A stretch of 64,000 nt of DNA from an uncultured Lachnospiraceae bacterium (GCA_904395885.1 CAJFOF010000061.1:22541-86540), one strand, 5' to 3'. Positions 31,054 through 40,484 are shown, counted from the stretch's first letter. The notes: generated by a model from the letters alone, not told the origin. Translations and numbers: made by a program.

Positions 31054-32366
31054 TATTCTTCTCCTTTCCTGCCGCTGTCCTCAAAACGGACCCGAATCGA
31101 ATTTGCGTGGGCTGTCAGGTGCTCCGCTTCGGCAAAGGCGATAATATCCTCGTGGATCTCCTGCAGAGCATCTTTGGAATAATAGATAATGCTGGATTTC
31201 TTGATAAAATCATCTACGCCCAGGGGGGAGAAAAATTTTGCCGTCCCGTTGGTGGGAAGCACGTGGTTGGGACCGGCGAAGTAATCTCCCAGGGGTTCTG
31301 AACTGTATTCGCCGATAAAGATGGCTCCGGCATTCTGGATTTTTGTCATCACCTCAAAGGGATTGCGGGTGACAATCTCCAGGTGCTCGGAGGCGATCTC
31401 ATTGGCTGTGGCGACGGCCTCTTCCAGAGTATCGACTACCAGGATATATCCGTAATGATCCAGAGACTTTTCCAGAATATCCCGTCTGGACAGAGTCTGA
31501 AGGAAAGAATCCACTTCCTCTGAGACCTTCTTCGCCAATTCCTGGCTGGTAGTCACCAGAATCGCGCTGGCCAGCTCGTCGTGCTCTGCCTGGGAGAGCA
31601 GGTCTGCCGCTACATAGCGGGGATTGGCGCTGTCGTCTGCGATCACCAGGATTTCACTGGGTCCGGCAATGCTGTCGATGCTGACATGGCCGTACACGGC
31701 CTTCTTTGCTAGGGCGACAAAGATGTTTCCAGGCCCCACGATCTTATTGACACGGGGAATCGACTCCGTACCGAAAGCCAGAGCGGCGATGGCCTGGGCT
31801 CCTCCCACTTTGTAGACTTCCGTGGCGCCTGCCAGATGGGCGGCTGTCAGGGTGACCGGATTGACCTTTCCGTCTTTCCCCGGAGGCGTTACCATGGCGA
31901 TGCGGCCAACGCCTGCCACTTTCGCCGGTATAATATTCATGAGAACAGAGGACGGGTAAGCGGCCTTCCCGCCGGGGACATAGACGCCGGCGCTCTCCAG
32001 GGCGGTGATCTTCTGGCCCAGGATCGTGCCGTCCGGCCTGCTCTCAAACCAGCTCTGGCGCTTCTGCCGCTCATGGTGATCCCGGATATTTGCCATAGAT
32101 TTTTTCATGACCTTCAGCAGTTTTTCGTCCACGGATTCCATGGCCTCCCGGATCTCCTCTTCTGTCACCCGGATATTCTCCGGCGTGATCTCTGCATGGT
32201 CAAATTTCCTGGTGTATTCAAAGAGCGCCTCATCTCCGCGCTTCTTCACATCCTCCACGATCTCCTGCACCGTGCCGGCGTACTCCCCGTACTGATTTGG
32301 GTCGCGCTTCAGCAGGTCGGACAGGATATTCTGCTTTGCCTGGCTGTCCAGTTTTACGATTCTCAT
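31053..32366 (-). CDS. hisD: Histidinol dehydrogenase
   Basis: 437 aa with [28 protein letters not shown] and [11 protein letters not shown]. Confidence 0.95.
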   Translation of the reverse strand: MRIVKLDSQAKQNILSDLLKRDPNQYGEYAGTVQEIVEDVKKRGDEALFEYTRKFDHAEITPENIRVTEEEIREAMESVDEKLLKVMKKSMANIRDHHERQKRQSWFESRPDGTILGQKITALESAGVYVPGGKAAYPSSVLMNIIPAKVAGVGRIAMVTPPGKDGKVNPVTLTAAHLAGATEVYKVGGAQAIAALAFGTESIPRVNKIVGPGNIFVALAKKAVYGHVSIDSIAGPSEILVIADDSANPRYVAADLLSQAEHDELASAILVTTSQELAKKVSEEVDSFLQTLSRRDILEKSLDHYGYILVVDTLEEAVATANEIASEHLEIVTRNPFEVMTKIQNAGAIFIGEYSSEPLGDYFAGPNHVLPTNGTAKFFSPLGVDDFIKKSSIIYYSKDALQEIHEDIIAFAEAEHLTAHANSIRVRFEDSGRKGEE

Positions 32367-33016
32367 GATTTTTCATCCTCCCGCAATATCTGTTTGAAAT
32401 CCCGGATCAGACCTGCGATCCTCTCCTGCTCTCTCTTCATACTGACCTGATTGACCACCATTCTGGCAGAAAGGCCGCAGATCTCTTCCAGAACTGTAAG
32501 GCCGTTCTCTCTCAGAGTGGATCCGGTTTCCACAATATCGACGATGACCTCAGAGAGCCCTACCAGGGGAGCCAGCTCGATGGATCCCCCCAGCTTGATG
32601 ATCTCCACGGTCTGATGCTTTTTATTGTAAAAGTAATCTTTCGCGATATTGGGGTACTTGGTAGCCACCCGGATCAGTTCATGGTGTTTCAGCTTCTCTC
32701 TGGCCGACTCAGGCCCGCAGACGCACATCCGGCATTTCCCGATTCCCAGGTCTACCACCTCGTATAATTTCCGGCCTTCTTCCATGATTGTGTCCTTCCC
32801 GGCAATCCCGATGTCGGCGGCGCCGTACTCCACATAGGTGGGGACGTCCGTAGCCTTCGCCAGGAAGAAGCGGATTCCCAGCTCCTCATTGACAAAAATC
32901 AGTTTCCGGGAATTTTTATCCTTCATCTCCTCGCAGGTGATGCCGATCTGTTCAAACAGATCCATCGCTTTCTGCGCCAGCCTTCCCTTGGCCAGCGCTA
33001 CTGTTAAATATCTCAT
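32363..33016 (-). CDS. hisG: ATP phosphoribosyltransferase, short (HisZ-dependent) form
   Basis: 217 aa: [10 protein letters not shown]...[19 protein letters not shown]...[14 protein letters not shown]. Confidence 0.93.
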   Translation of the reverse strand: MRYLTVALAKGRLAQKAMDLFEQIGITCEEMKDKNSRKLIFVNEELGIRFFLAKATDVPTYVEYGAADIGIAGKDTIMEEGRKLYEVVDLGIGKCRMCVCGPESAREKLKHHELIRVATKYPNIAKDYFYNKKHQTVEIIKLGGSIELAPLVGLSEVIVDIVETGSTLRENGLTVLEEICGLSARMVVNQVSMKREQERIAGLIRDFKQILREDEKS

Positions 33017-33054
33017 ATCAGTCCTCTTTCATAGATTCATTTCCTCTTGGCCGT

Positions 33055-34317
33055 CTACTCCACATATTCGGAAAACGGAATGGCGTCCTGGCTGCCATTT
33101 ACCAGATCCATGGCGGTCACAATGGTCCCCTCCCCTTTCAGGTAGAGGATGGTTCGCATATTTCTGTCTGACGCCATCTTCCGGTAGTCCTCGATCTCCC
33201 TGCCTTCATGGAACACAGAACTCACAGCGTACAGTCCAAGACTTCTGAAATGCTGCCCCAGACGGATCGCCTGTTTCTCCGCAGTGGGCTCAAAGAGGAT
33301 CAGCACATTTGCCTGCTTGACCGGAACCTGAATCTGCTGCCGGGACAGGGCCAGCATCACCTGGTTTACCTCGATGGCAAACCCTACAGCCGGGCTGTTC
33401 TTTCCAAACTGCTCCAGCAGACGGTCATAGCGGCCGCCGGTGACGATATAGTCTCCGGTCCCGTAGGTGTAAGCCTTAAAAATGATACCTGTATAATACT
33501 GATAGCGGCTGACCATTCCCAGATCGTAGGAGATGTAATCCGCCAGCCCGTAGGCCTCCATCAAGTGCTGAATCCTCTCCAGCCTGGCAATGGCCGCCAG
33601 CGCTCTGGGGCTTTTCGTCAGCTCCCTGGCGTGGGAGAGCTGGTCAGCCGAACCGAACAGCTCCATGAGGGTCAGAAAGCTCCGGCGAGATTCTTCGGAA
33701 ATCTCCTGGGAATCCAGAAGCTCCTCCACGCCGAAATAGTTTTTATTTTCGATCAGTTCCCGCAGGTCCTCTCTGGTCTGGCCATCCATGCCGGCCTCCT
33801 CCGTCAGACCGCGGAAGAAATCTGCATGGCCGATCTCCACCTGAAATTCTTTCAGCCCGGTTTGCTGTAAGGATTCAATGACCATGGCCAGAAGCTCCGC
33901 ATCGGCCTGCTCCGAGTCATCTCCGATCAGCTCAGCTCCTGTCTGTGTGGTCTCCTTCAGCCGTCCCTGATAGCTGGTGTTGTTTTTATAAGTTCTCTCC
34001 AGGTAGCACAGGCGGAGAGGCATGGGATCGTCCATGTAGTATTTTGCCACACAGCGCGCCACAGCGGGCGTCATGTCCGGCTTTAAAACCAGGGTATTAT
34101 TGTCCCGGTCAAAGAATTTGAACATTTCCTTGTCCCCCACACTGCCCCGGTCTTTATTGAAAATATCAAAGTACTCAAAGCTGGGGGTCTCGATGTGCTC
34201 ATACCCGTATTGGTAGAATGTGCCGAGAATTTTATTCTCCACCGCCAGCTTTCGCTGGCATTCCCCATTGTAGATATCCCGGACTCCCTCCGGGGTATGT
34301 AAAAGTCGATTTTCCAT
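33055..34317 (-). CDS. hisZ: ATP phosphoribosyltransferase regulatory subunit (HisS paralogue)
   Basis: Class II aaRS-like fold (TPEGVRD, FYQYGYEHIETPSFEY, QTGAELIG). It lies immediately upstream of the short-form hisG. Confidence 0.85.
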   Translation of the reverse strand: MENRLLHTPEGVRDIYNGECQRKLAVENKILGTFYQYGYEHIETPSFEYFDIFNKDRGSVGDKEMFKFFDRDNNTLVLKPDMTPAVARCVAKYYMDDPMPLRLCYLERTYKNNTSYQGRLKETTQTGAELIGDDSEQADAELLAMVIESLQQTGLKEFQVEIGHADFFRGLTEEAGMDGQTREDLRELIENKNYFGVEELLDSQEISEESRRSFLTLMELFGSADQLSHARELTKSPRALAAIARLERIQHLMEAYGLADYISYDLGMVSRYQYYTGIIFKAYTYGTGDYIVTGGRYDRLLEQFGKNSPAVGFAIEVNQVMLALSRQQIQVPVKQANVLILFEPTAEKQAIRLGQHFRSLGLYAVSSVFHEGREIEDYRKMASDRNMRTILYLKGEGTIVTAMDLVNGSQDAIPFSEYVE

Positions 34318-34404
34318 AAATCCGCCTTTCCCCTTACTTTATCACAGTAACGTGATATCATGGTAGCATGATAGAATTCATTATAAAAGACAGCCTTCCA
34401 TCTG

Positions 34405-34938
34405 TCAATCTCTTCTTTCCAGATCCATCTGGAGCTGTTCCAGATAGTGGACGAACTGCTCTCTGTGAGATCGGATCCGCCACGATTTGTCCACCTCCTC
34501 GTAGGTAAAACTTTTCCGCCCTCCATTCTCCATCCGTTCCCAGAAACGTCTGACTTCTGCATAGGGCAGATAGTAGATCTCATTTTTCTGGGTAAAGGAA
34601 AGGATAATAAAAGAAACCCCGCCCTGCTCTTCAAACTCTTTCATAAAAGCAATCTGGTGGGGATGGAGGTTCTGCAGCGGAAAGGTGGACGCCGCGCACT
34701 CCTTCGCGTCAAAGCAGACGGGAATCCCCTGGACCGCCCCTATGTAGTCCACGGTACTCTTCTGCTCAAAGTACGCCAGCGTGATGTGGCGGCTCTCTTT
34801 ATCGATTGTGATAGGAGTGATGGGCGTCGGCACTTTTTGGATCAGGGCCAGTTTCTTTTCCCGATAGCTGTCATTGGTTCGATTGATCAATTCTTCTAGT
34901 GTGGAACCCCGAAGGCCCCTGCTGTTCCATGTTCCCAT
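34405..34938 (-). CDS. recU: Holliday junction resolvase RecU
   Basis: GLRGSTLEELIN.TN..Y...LALIQKVPTPI...VDYIG...FDAKE: RecU signature. The start is at MGTWNSRG (ATG 34938-34936). Confidence 0.88.
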   Translation of the reverse strand: MGTWNSRGLRGSTLEELINRTNDSYREKKLALIQKVPTPITPITIDKESRHITLAYFEQKSTVDYIGAVQGIPVCFDAKECAASTFPLQNLHPHQIAFMKEFEEQGGVSFIILSFTQKNEIYYLPYAEVRRFWERMENGGRKSFTYEEVDKSWRIRSHREQFVHYLEQLQMDLERRD

Positions 34939-35061
34939 CTCGATGTTTCCCTCTTTATAACTGGCTCCAGCCTGGAGGGTTCTCCGTCCAGGCTGTAACC
35001 TTAATCGCAATCACAGGGATTATTATAGCGGAAAATAGTTGAGCGTGCAATCGTATCTCCC

Positions 35062-35489
35062 TCAAAATTCTAATTTCTCAATAAAATTAAGCACATCTTC
35101 TGAATGGCGGAAGACTTTGAATTTATTTCCGTATATGGACAGAGTGCTGAGAATTTCCTGACGCTGATGATTAAATTCGAAGACCCATTTGATATTGAGA
35201 TAAAGAAAGTTCAAAATTGGCTTGGAATTAAACTTTTCTTTGCCCAGCTTTTGCCTGATCCATCGCCGAAATACGCGAAACAGTCTGGTTCTGGTGCCTG
35301 CATCAAGGAAAATAATATAATCGCAGAGGGGAAAACTTTCCTGCAGGCAGTTTCTGGGGGAGCCTTCCACGATCCAGCTGTCTTCAGCTATTTATCTTTT
35401 TCATAATACGGTATCTCGTATCTCTCTGATATCTCTTTCGCCAACGTAGTTTTACCGCTGGCAACCGAGCCAATGATATCCAATTTCAA
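35062..35489 (-). pseudogene. P-loop NTPase (topology-modulation / adenylate-kinase-like small kinase) pseudogene
   Basis: The N-terminal piece (my own translation) is LKLDIIGSVASGKTTLAKEISERYEIPYYEKDK*, with Walker A GSVASGKTT. The C-terminal piece (SWIVEGSPRNC...DYIIFLD...) is in another frame, and the roughly 30 aa that normally connect the two are missing. Confidence 0.6.
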
Positions 35490-35584
35490 ACTATCACTCC
35501 CCCAGGGAGACAGGCTCCCAAAAGCCAGCAGCTCAGGCCAGTCCTTCATGCCGTGCAGATCAAAATTTCTTCACAGCCATTATA

Positions 35585-36121
35585 TCACAGTTTGACGGCG
35601 GCTACAAAGAAAAGTGCCGTCAGAACCCCGTCTGCGGCAAAGCCGGGGACTCCGGCCCCGATGTGCCATGCCAGATTGTGAAGATACAGGGCCAGCAGAA
35701 ATAAGGCGACTCCGGCAGCCCGCCGCGGCCATTTCCTTGAGAACCACAGGCAGGCTGTCTGCCAGGCGGCCAGCGCGGTGACGGGATAGGCGACGGCGCC
35801 GGACCAGAGCATCTGCAGCATGTCCGGGACATCTGCCGTGATCGTCAGATATGTGGTCGTCGCGATCCAGAAGCGGCGCAGAAACCAGGAATCCAGATAG
35901 ATTGCGGCAACTGCAGCGGCGCTGAAGAGAAAGGTCACCAAAAGTCTGATTACCACTGTTCTGGCGGCAGACCGGCAGGCCATCTGCTCCAGCACATGCC
36001 AGGGTTTTCCCATATCCCCTAACAGGGAGAGGGAGGGATATAAAACAATCTGGTACAGGCAGAGCAGAACCAGGAGCAGGCTGGGACCTGTGAGCAGACC
36101 GGAAAAGCCGGACAGAAACAT
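35585..36121 (-). CDS. Polytopic membrane protein, the presumed permease partner of the adjacent ABC ATPase; an upstream in-frame segment (36262-36146) is cut off by a TAG codon
   Basis: 178 aa hydrophobic ORF. A further 39 codons (MRESKAIAKWELRKRLYDNRIIWPLIGAILVFHGLLPVP) start in an ATGA overlap with the ATPase stop and are in frame. They are separated by TAG at 36145-36143. Confidence 0.55.
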   Translation of the reverse strand: MFLSGFSGLLTGPSLLLVLLCLYQIVLYPSLSLLGDMGKPWHVLEQMACRSAARTVVIRLLVTFLFSAAAVAAIYLDSWFLRRFWIATTTYLTITADVPDMLQMLWSGAVAYPVTALAAWQTACLWFSRKWPRRAAGVALFLLALYLHNLAWHIGAGVPGFAADGVLTALFFVAAVKL

Positions 36122-36258
36122 TCCGCCGGAACTTCCCCAGCCCTACGGCACCGGCAAAAGGCCATGGAATACCAAAATGGCTCCAATCAGCGGCCAGATG
36201 ATCCGGTTGTCATACAGCCGTTTCCGCAGCTCCCATTTTGCGATAGCTTTGCTTTCTC

Positions 36259-36936
36259 TCATTGAACCACCTCCAGATAGTACTCTTCAATCGATTTTCC
36301 TGTTTCCCGTATGGCGTCTGCGTCCTCCAAAACGATCCCGTTCTCTGTCAGAATGGCCACGGTGTCCAGAAGCTCCCCCAGATCTCTCAGCAGATGTGTG
36401 GCCACAAGCACGGTGGAGCCTTCCCGCAGATTTTCCAGCAGTATTTTTACGATATCCCGTTTCAGCTTGGGGTCAAAGCCGGCGGCCGGTTCATCCATCA
36501 GGTACAGAGGGACATCCCGGCAGAGAGTGAGGAAAAGGCAGAGCCTCTCCTTTTCTCCTCTGGACATGCGGGCAATCTTCCGGGAGGCCTCCAGTCCGTA
36601 TTCGCGGCAGAGCTGATCCGCCCGGCAGGTGTCAAAATCGTCAAAAAAATCCCGGTAATACTGGATGGCGTCTCTGACGCGGAAAAACGGATAGAAATTT
36701 TCCGGTTCCGGAAGCCACGCCGATTTTCCCGCCACAGTCACCTGGCCCTCATCCGGCTCCATCAGACCGCCGATCATGGAGAGCAGGGTGGTCTTGCCGA
36801 TGCCGTTTGTACCCAGAAGTCCGATGATCCGCCCGGAGGGAAAGGAGGCCGTGAGGTGCCTCAGCACCGGGCGGCCCTCAAACCCTTTCGAGAGATTTTG
36901 AATCTGTATGAGAATTCCCTCATGTCCGGCTGTCAT
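36259..36936 (-). CDS. ABC transporter ATP-binding protein (YtrB-like)
   Basis: Walker A GTNGIGKTT, signature MSRGEKERL, Walker B LYLMDEP. Confidence 0.88.
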   Translation of the reverse strand: MTAGHEGILIQIQNLSKGFEGRPVLRHLTASFPSGRIIGLLGTNGIGKTTLLSMIGGLMEPDEGQVTVAGKSAWLPEPENFYPFFRVRDAIQYYRDFFDDFDTCRADQLCREYGLEASRKIARMSRGEKERLCLFLTLCRDVPLYLMDEPAAGFDPKLKRDIVKILLENLREGSTVLVATHLLRDLGELLDTVAILTENGIVLEDADAIRETGKSIEEYYLEVVQ

Positions 36937-37288
36937 CTTCCATCTCCTCCTTTACCATCTCCAGAATTTCTCTGTCATGAAAGCCCATCCCGGTCATTTT
37001 TTGAAGAAAGCTCCTGATTTCTCCGGCAACCATCTCCCGCCGCAGGCGCTCCCTGGCGCCTGGGACGACGAAACTGCCGACGCCCTTTCTGGTGGTGATG
37101 ATCCCCTGATGCTCCAGAAGCTGGATCCCCCTCTGGACTGTCAGGGCCGTCACCTGATAGCGAGCGGAATATTCCCGTATGGAACCCAGTTTTTCTTCTT
37201 CCGGCAGGCTGCCGCGCACAATCTGATTTTTAATATCATCTGCAATCTGAACATAGATTGGGATATTATCCTGAAATGCCATTTTCAT
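36920..37288 (-). CDS. GntR family transcriptional regulator, YtrA subfamily
   Basis: 122 aa: PIYVQIADDIKNQIVRGSLPEEEKLGSIREYSARYQVTALTVQRGIQLLE. The short C-terminus is typical of YtrA. It overlaps the ATPase gene start. Confidence 0.85.
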   Translation of the reverse strand: MKMAFQDNIPIYVQIADDIKNQIVRGSLPEEEKLGSIREYSARYQVTALTVQRGIQLLEHQGIITTRKGVGSFVVPGARERLRREMVAGEIRSFLQKMTGMGFHDREILEMVKEEMEDDSRT

Positions 37289-37300
37289 CCCTGCTTCTTA

Positions 37301-37330
37301 TATACTGTTATACTTATGTATTACAGTATA
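37301..37330. promoter_or_regulatory. Inverted repeat, a candidate YtrA-type operator within the promoter of the GntR-ABC operon
   Basis: TATACTGT (37301-37308) and ACAGTATA (37323-37330) are separated by 14 nt. The site is 13-42 nt upstream of the GntR start and overlaps a TATAAT (minus strand). Confidence 0.45.
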
Positions 37331-37389
37331 ATTATAACAAATGCCGGAGGGACTGTCAATCTCATATTCCGTCCTTCCGGCAGTTTGCG

Positions 37390-37956
37390 TCACTGTTTTT
37401 CTCTCTTCTCTTTGTCCAGGGAGTCCTGGCGGATCATCTGGCGCAGTTCCCTCAGGTACGGGGAGAACTCTGCTCTCTCATTTCCGTATGTCAGATTGAG
37501 CTGATACTCTAAGGGAAGCCAGGTGGAGATATCTGCCTCGTTGTGCTGAACCAGGCATTCCATGGCGTCCAGAGCTTTGTAGATGCGGGCCTCCAGGGTC
37601 TTCTGCTCCTCCATCTCATCAAACAGGGCTGTCAGTTCGCCAAGGTAGGGCTGGGGCAGACTGCCCAGCAGACGGGCTACCGCCTCTTTTTCTGTGCTTC
37701 GGTGATCCTCTGTCTTGGAGAAGGCAGGGATATCCCCAGTGACCGCTTCCCCCAGATCGTGGCAGAGACACATGAGAATGATTTTGTTAGAATCCGCCTC
37801 CGGAAATTCATCTTTGACCAGATAGGCCATCAGAGCCAGCCGCCAACTGTGTTCCGCCACACTTTCCTGACGCCCGCTGGATGTCCAGGAATGACGGGTG
37901 TTGCATTTCATCGCTTCTACTTTATTTAAAAAGGTAATCAGAGTTCTGCAGTCCAT
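37390..37956 (-). CDS. HD domain phosphohydrolase (YfbR-like 5'-nucleotidase family)
   Basis: ESVAEHSWRLALMAY...CLCHDLGEAVTGDIP: H...HD...D metal motif, 188 aa. Confidence 0.75.
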   Translation of the reverse strand: MDCRTLITFLNKVEAMKCNTRHSWTSSGRQESVAEHSWRLALMAYLVKDEFPEADSNKIILMCLCHDLGEAVTGDIPAFSKTEDHRSTEKEAVARLLGSLPQPYLGELTALFDEMEEQKTLEARIYKALDAMECLVQHNEADISTWLPLEYQLNLTYGNERAEFSPYLRELRQMIRQDSLDKEKREKQ

Positions 37957-38040
37957 ATCGGTTGTCCTCCTGATGTTCTGACACCGGCTGAAACCGGGCC
38001 GATGCCTTGTATTATAAATGACTTTTCTTTTTTATGCAAT

Positions 38041-38112
38041 CATGGTATAGTACCTGTGCATACCGGTTTCTGCGTTCACCGCAGAAATCCGGGCACTAAA
38101 ATCTGCCGGAGG
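38041..38112 (+). repeat. Copy B of the promoter-like/hairpin leader repeat (see 12121-12274)
   Basis: CATGGTATAGTACCTGTGCATACCGGTTTCTGCGTTCACCGCAGAAATCCGGGCACTAAAATCTGCCGGAGG contains TGGTATAGT and a 12 bp bulged hairpin (CCGGTTTCTGCG pairing with CGCAGAAATCCGG). It ends in the GGAGG that serves as the SD of the HD gene at 38120. Confidence 0.75.
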
Positions 38113-38119
38113 TCGAACT

Positions 38120-38899
38120 ATGAAGTCTGATTATCTTACTGCATTTCAAACATATACAGAACGCTACAATACCAGCGACAGCAAGGTCCATCTGAAAATT
38201 ATCCACACATACCATGTGGCTGAAGTGATGGAGGAACTATGCCGCTGCCGCAGAATCCAGGGCCATTTGGCCGATCTTGCCTGGCTCTGTGCGCTGTTTC
38301 ACGATATTGGGCGCTTTGAACAGCTCCGCCGCTATGGAACCTTTTCCGACGGAGCCAGTATTGACCACGCTGCCCTGGGGTGCCAGGTCCTACAGGAGGA
38401 AGGATTTCTGTCCGGGCTTCCCAAACAAGATCAGAGCCTTATCCTGACGGCGATCCGCAATCATAATCAATATGAGATCCAGCCGGGGCTGTCCGGCGAG
38501 GCCCTGACTCTCTGCAGGCTGATACGGGACGCTGACAAATGCGATATTTTCCGCGTCTTTGCCACCGATGATCTGAAAGATGTCACCGGCTGCTCAGAGG
38601 AGGAGGCCGCCGCATGGACAGTCTCCCCGGCTGTGGCCCAGGCGATCTTTTCCCACCGCTGTGTTCGCCGGGAGGAGCGAAAGACCGGCCTGGATTTCTG
38701 GGTCAGCTTTCTTGGTTTTTTCTTTGACATGGCCTACCCGGAGAGCATTGCCATCGCCAGGGAGCAGGGCTATTACCGTCTTCCCTTTGAGAGAACCCGC
38801 TTTCTCAGAGAGGACACCGCCCAACTGATTGCCATGCTTCTGCGGGAGACGGAACTGTACTGCAGCGGCCGTCTGGCTACTCTGTCAGATCCCCGGTGA
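38120..38899 (+). CDS. HD domain-containing protein (metal-dependent phosphohydrolase), function unknown
   Basis: HTYHV...LFHDIGRFEQ...IRDADKCD: HD superfamily motifs, 259 aa. Confidence 0.7.
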   Translation: MKSDYLTAFQTYTERYNTSDSKVHLKIIHTYHVAEVMEELCRCRRIQGHLADLAWLCALFHDIGRFEQLRRYGTFSDGASIDHAALGCQVLQEEGFLSGLPKQDQSLILTAIRNHNQYEIQPGLSGEALTLCRLIRDADKCDIFRVFATDDLKDVTGCSEEEAAAWTVSPAVAQAIFSHRCVRREERKTGLDFWVSFLGFFFDMAYPESIAIAREQGYYRLPFERTRFLREDTAQLIAMLLRETELYCSGRLATLSDPR

Positions 38900-39818
38900 T
38901 GTCCTTCGGGATCGTAAATTCCACCGCGCCCATGTATCCTGGAGCCACCTCGTATTCGTCAAAGGTGATGACTAACTGACCACTCTGATCGAAGTAATAG
39001 CTCTCCTCGCCGGTAAGCCCCTTAAAATCCCATTCCGGGTTCTCGGAGTCCAGAAAATAGGAAATGGATTCATCTGCAGCCATCTGCGCTCGCATCTGGT
39101 CTTTGATATTGTTGCTGACGTCTTCCAGAAGCTGACTGTCATCCTTTAACAGAGTCTTCAGGGATACAGTCTCTCCGGTTGATTTGTCTACATTAAAGAT
39201 TTTGACGGATTCCGCTCCGCTGGCCATCACCTGGGTGGTTCTGATGCGGATGCTGACATAGCGGTCGTTTTCAAATACGACATCCCAGGTAGAAGTCAGG
39301 GAATAATTACCTTCTCCGCCGTTTGCTTTCAGCGTTTCCTCATACTGCGCGATCAGCTTGTTTGCATAGTCTTCGATATCCTGATTGGCAGAGATTGTGC
39401 TCTCTGTGCTTCCGTCTGAGTTTTCGGCCGGAAGACTGATTTCCGGGATTTCCAGGTTTGCTTCAAATTTCCCCTCTTTTGACTCGTAAGTCCGGAATGT
39501 CACAACATCTGCGATGGCTCCGATAACGGGAATTTTCCCCATAGCCATTGCGACTGTGGGACCGGAATTTGCCAGCACTGTGATGACCGCCAGTGCCGCT
39601 GCCGTTGTCGCCGCCGCTCTTTTTGTGATAAAAATAATCCGTTTCTTTCGATTGGGGGAACCGGCCGCTCTGCTTGGCTGTTCGCTCCCACCCATCTCTT
39701 CCTTTGCCTGCTGGATTCCCTTGAGAAGACGAAGCCTGGCTTCCTCCGGTACCGGTGTCTGCTGGTAACTGCTTTTCAAAGAATCTAATAGATCCTGTTC
39801 CTTCCTGTTTTCGTTCAT
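38877..39818 (-). CDS. Membrane-anchored anti-sigma factor, RsiV-like (DUF3298/DUF4163-type extracytoplasmic domain)
   Basis: Short cytoplasmic N-terminus, one TM helix (AAATTAAALAVITVLA), and an extracellular domain ending ...YYFDQSGQLVITFDEYEVAPGYMGAVEFTIP, as in RsiV/PdaC C-terminal domains. It lies directly downstream of the ECF sigma gene. Confidence 0.65.
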   Translation of the reverse strand: MNENRKEQDLLDSLKSSYQQTPVPEEARLRLLKGIQQAKEEMGGSEQPSRAAGSPNRKKRIIFITKRAAATTAAALAVITVLANSGPTVAMAMGKIPVIGAIADVVTFRTYESKEGKFEANLEIPEISLPAENSDGSTESTISANQDIEDYANKLIAQYEETLKANGGEGNYSLTSTWDVVFENDRYVSIRIRTTQVMASGAESVKIFNVDKSTGETVSLKTLLKDDSQLLEDVSNNIKDQMRAQMAADESISYFLDSENPEWDFKGLTGEESYYFDQSGQLVITFDEYEVAPGYMGAVEFTIPKDITGDLTE

Positions 39819-39846
39819 AATTTCCTCCTTTCTGGCTTGTCGAGCC

Positions 39847-40326
39847 TCACTTTCCCTCCATTTTGTCTTTCAGTTTTTTCAGCCCTCGGTACAGACGTGC
39901 TTTTACAGTATTAAGATTGCTGTCTGTAATCCGGGCAATATCATCCAGTTTCAGATCCTCAAAATATCGGAGTACAATCACCGTTTTTTCTGATTCATCC
40001 AATTGTTCCAGCGCCGCTTTGAGATCTGGATTCGAATAGCTGTCTTCATAACTTACGTCTTCATCCAGTTTTCCCACTATACTCTCATTTTTTTGGCGTT
40101 TTCTCAGTAAATCTATGGAGGTATTCACCACTATCCTGTATATCCATGTTGAAATATAGTTTGGATTCTCCACTTTATTGCAATCACGGATTGCCTTGTA
40201 GGCGCTCTCCTGGACCACATCCAGAGCATCTTCCTGGGTTCTGGTGTAGCTGTAAGCTAATCGGTAGTATTTCTCGTAATTGTCTATTAAAATTTGTTCC
40301 GTTTTCTGGACATTTGTTTCTCTCAT
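39847..40326 (-). CDS. ECF (group 4) sigma-70 family RNA polymerase sigma factor
   Basis: 159 aa. Region 2 is YYRLAYSYTRTQEDALDVVQESAYKA...WIYRIVVNTSIDLLR. Region 4 is VIVLRYFEDLKLDDIARITDSNLNTVKARLYRGLKKL. Confidence 0.88.
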   Translation of the reverse strand: MRETNVQKTEQILIDNYEKYYRLAYSYTRTQEDALDVVQESAYKAIRDCNKVENPNYISTWIYRIVVNTSIDLLRKRQKNESIVGKLDEDVSYEDSYSNPDLKAALEQLDESEKTVIVLRYFEDLKLDDIARITDSNLNTVKARLYRGLKKLKDKMEGK

Positions 40327-40352
40327 CTCTTCCTCCTTTCCCTTCTATCTGT

Positions 40353-40380
40353 TAGACGGCTGAGAGTAAGAAAAAGTTGC
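40353..40380 (-). promoter_or_regulatory. ECF-type autoregulatory promoter
   Basis: Minus strand reads GCAAC-TTTTTCTTACTCTCAGC-CGTCTAAC (17 nt spacer), 27 nt upstream of the sigma gene ATG. The AAC / CGTC architecture is typical of ECF promoters. Confidence 0.6.
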
Positions 40381-40400
40381 TGCGAGATTTCCCGCAGAAA

Positions 40401-40451
40401 CAAAAAATGGGAGTGTAACACTGGAGATTTCTCTCATTGTGCAGCACTCCC
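40401..40451 (-). terminator. Rho-independent terminator of trpS
   Basis: GGGAGTG (40409-40415) pairs with CACTCCC (40445-40451). On the minus strand it is followed by ATTTTTTG. Confidence 0.6.
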
Positions 40452-40484
40452 ACTGACTCATTTATTTTTGATTGTTAGCTTGGA

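Noticed and set aside
36143-36145. In-frame TAG as a possible pyrrolysine or programmed read-through codon.
   Set aside because: The window has no pylT/pylS/pylBCD and no methylamine methyltransferase context. Nonsense mutation or re-initiation is the more economical explanation.
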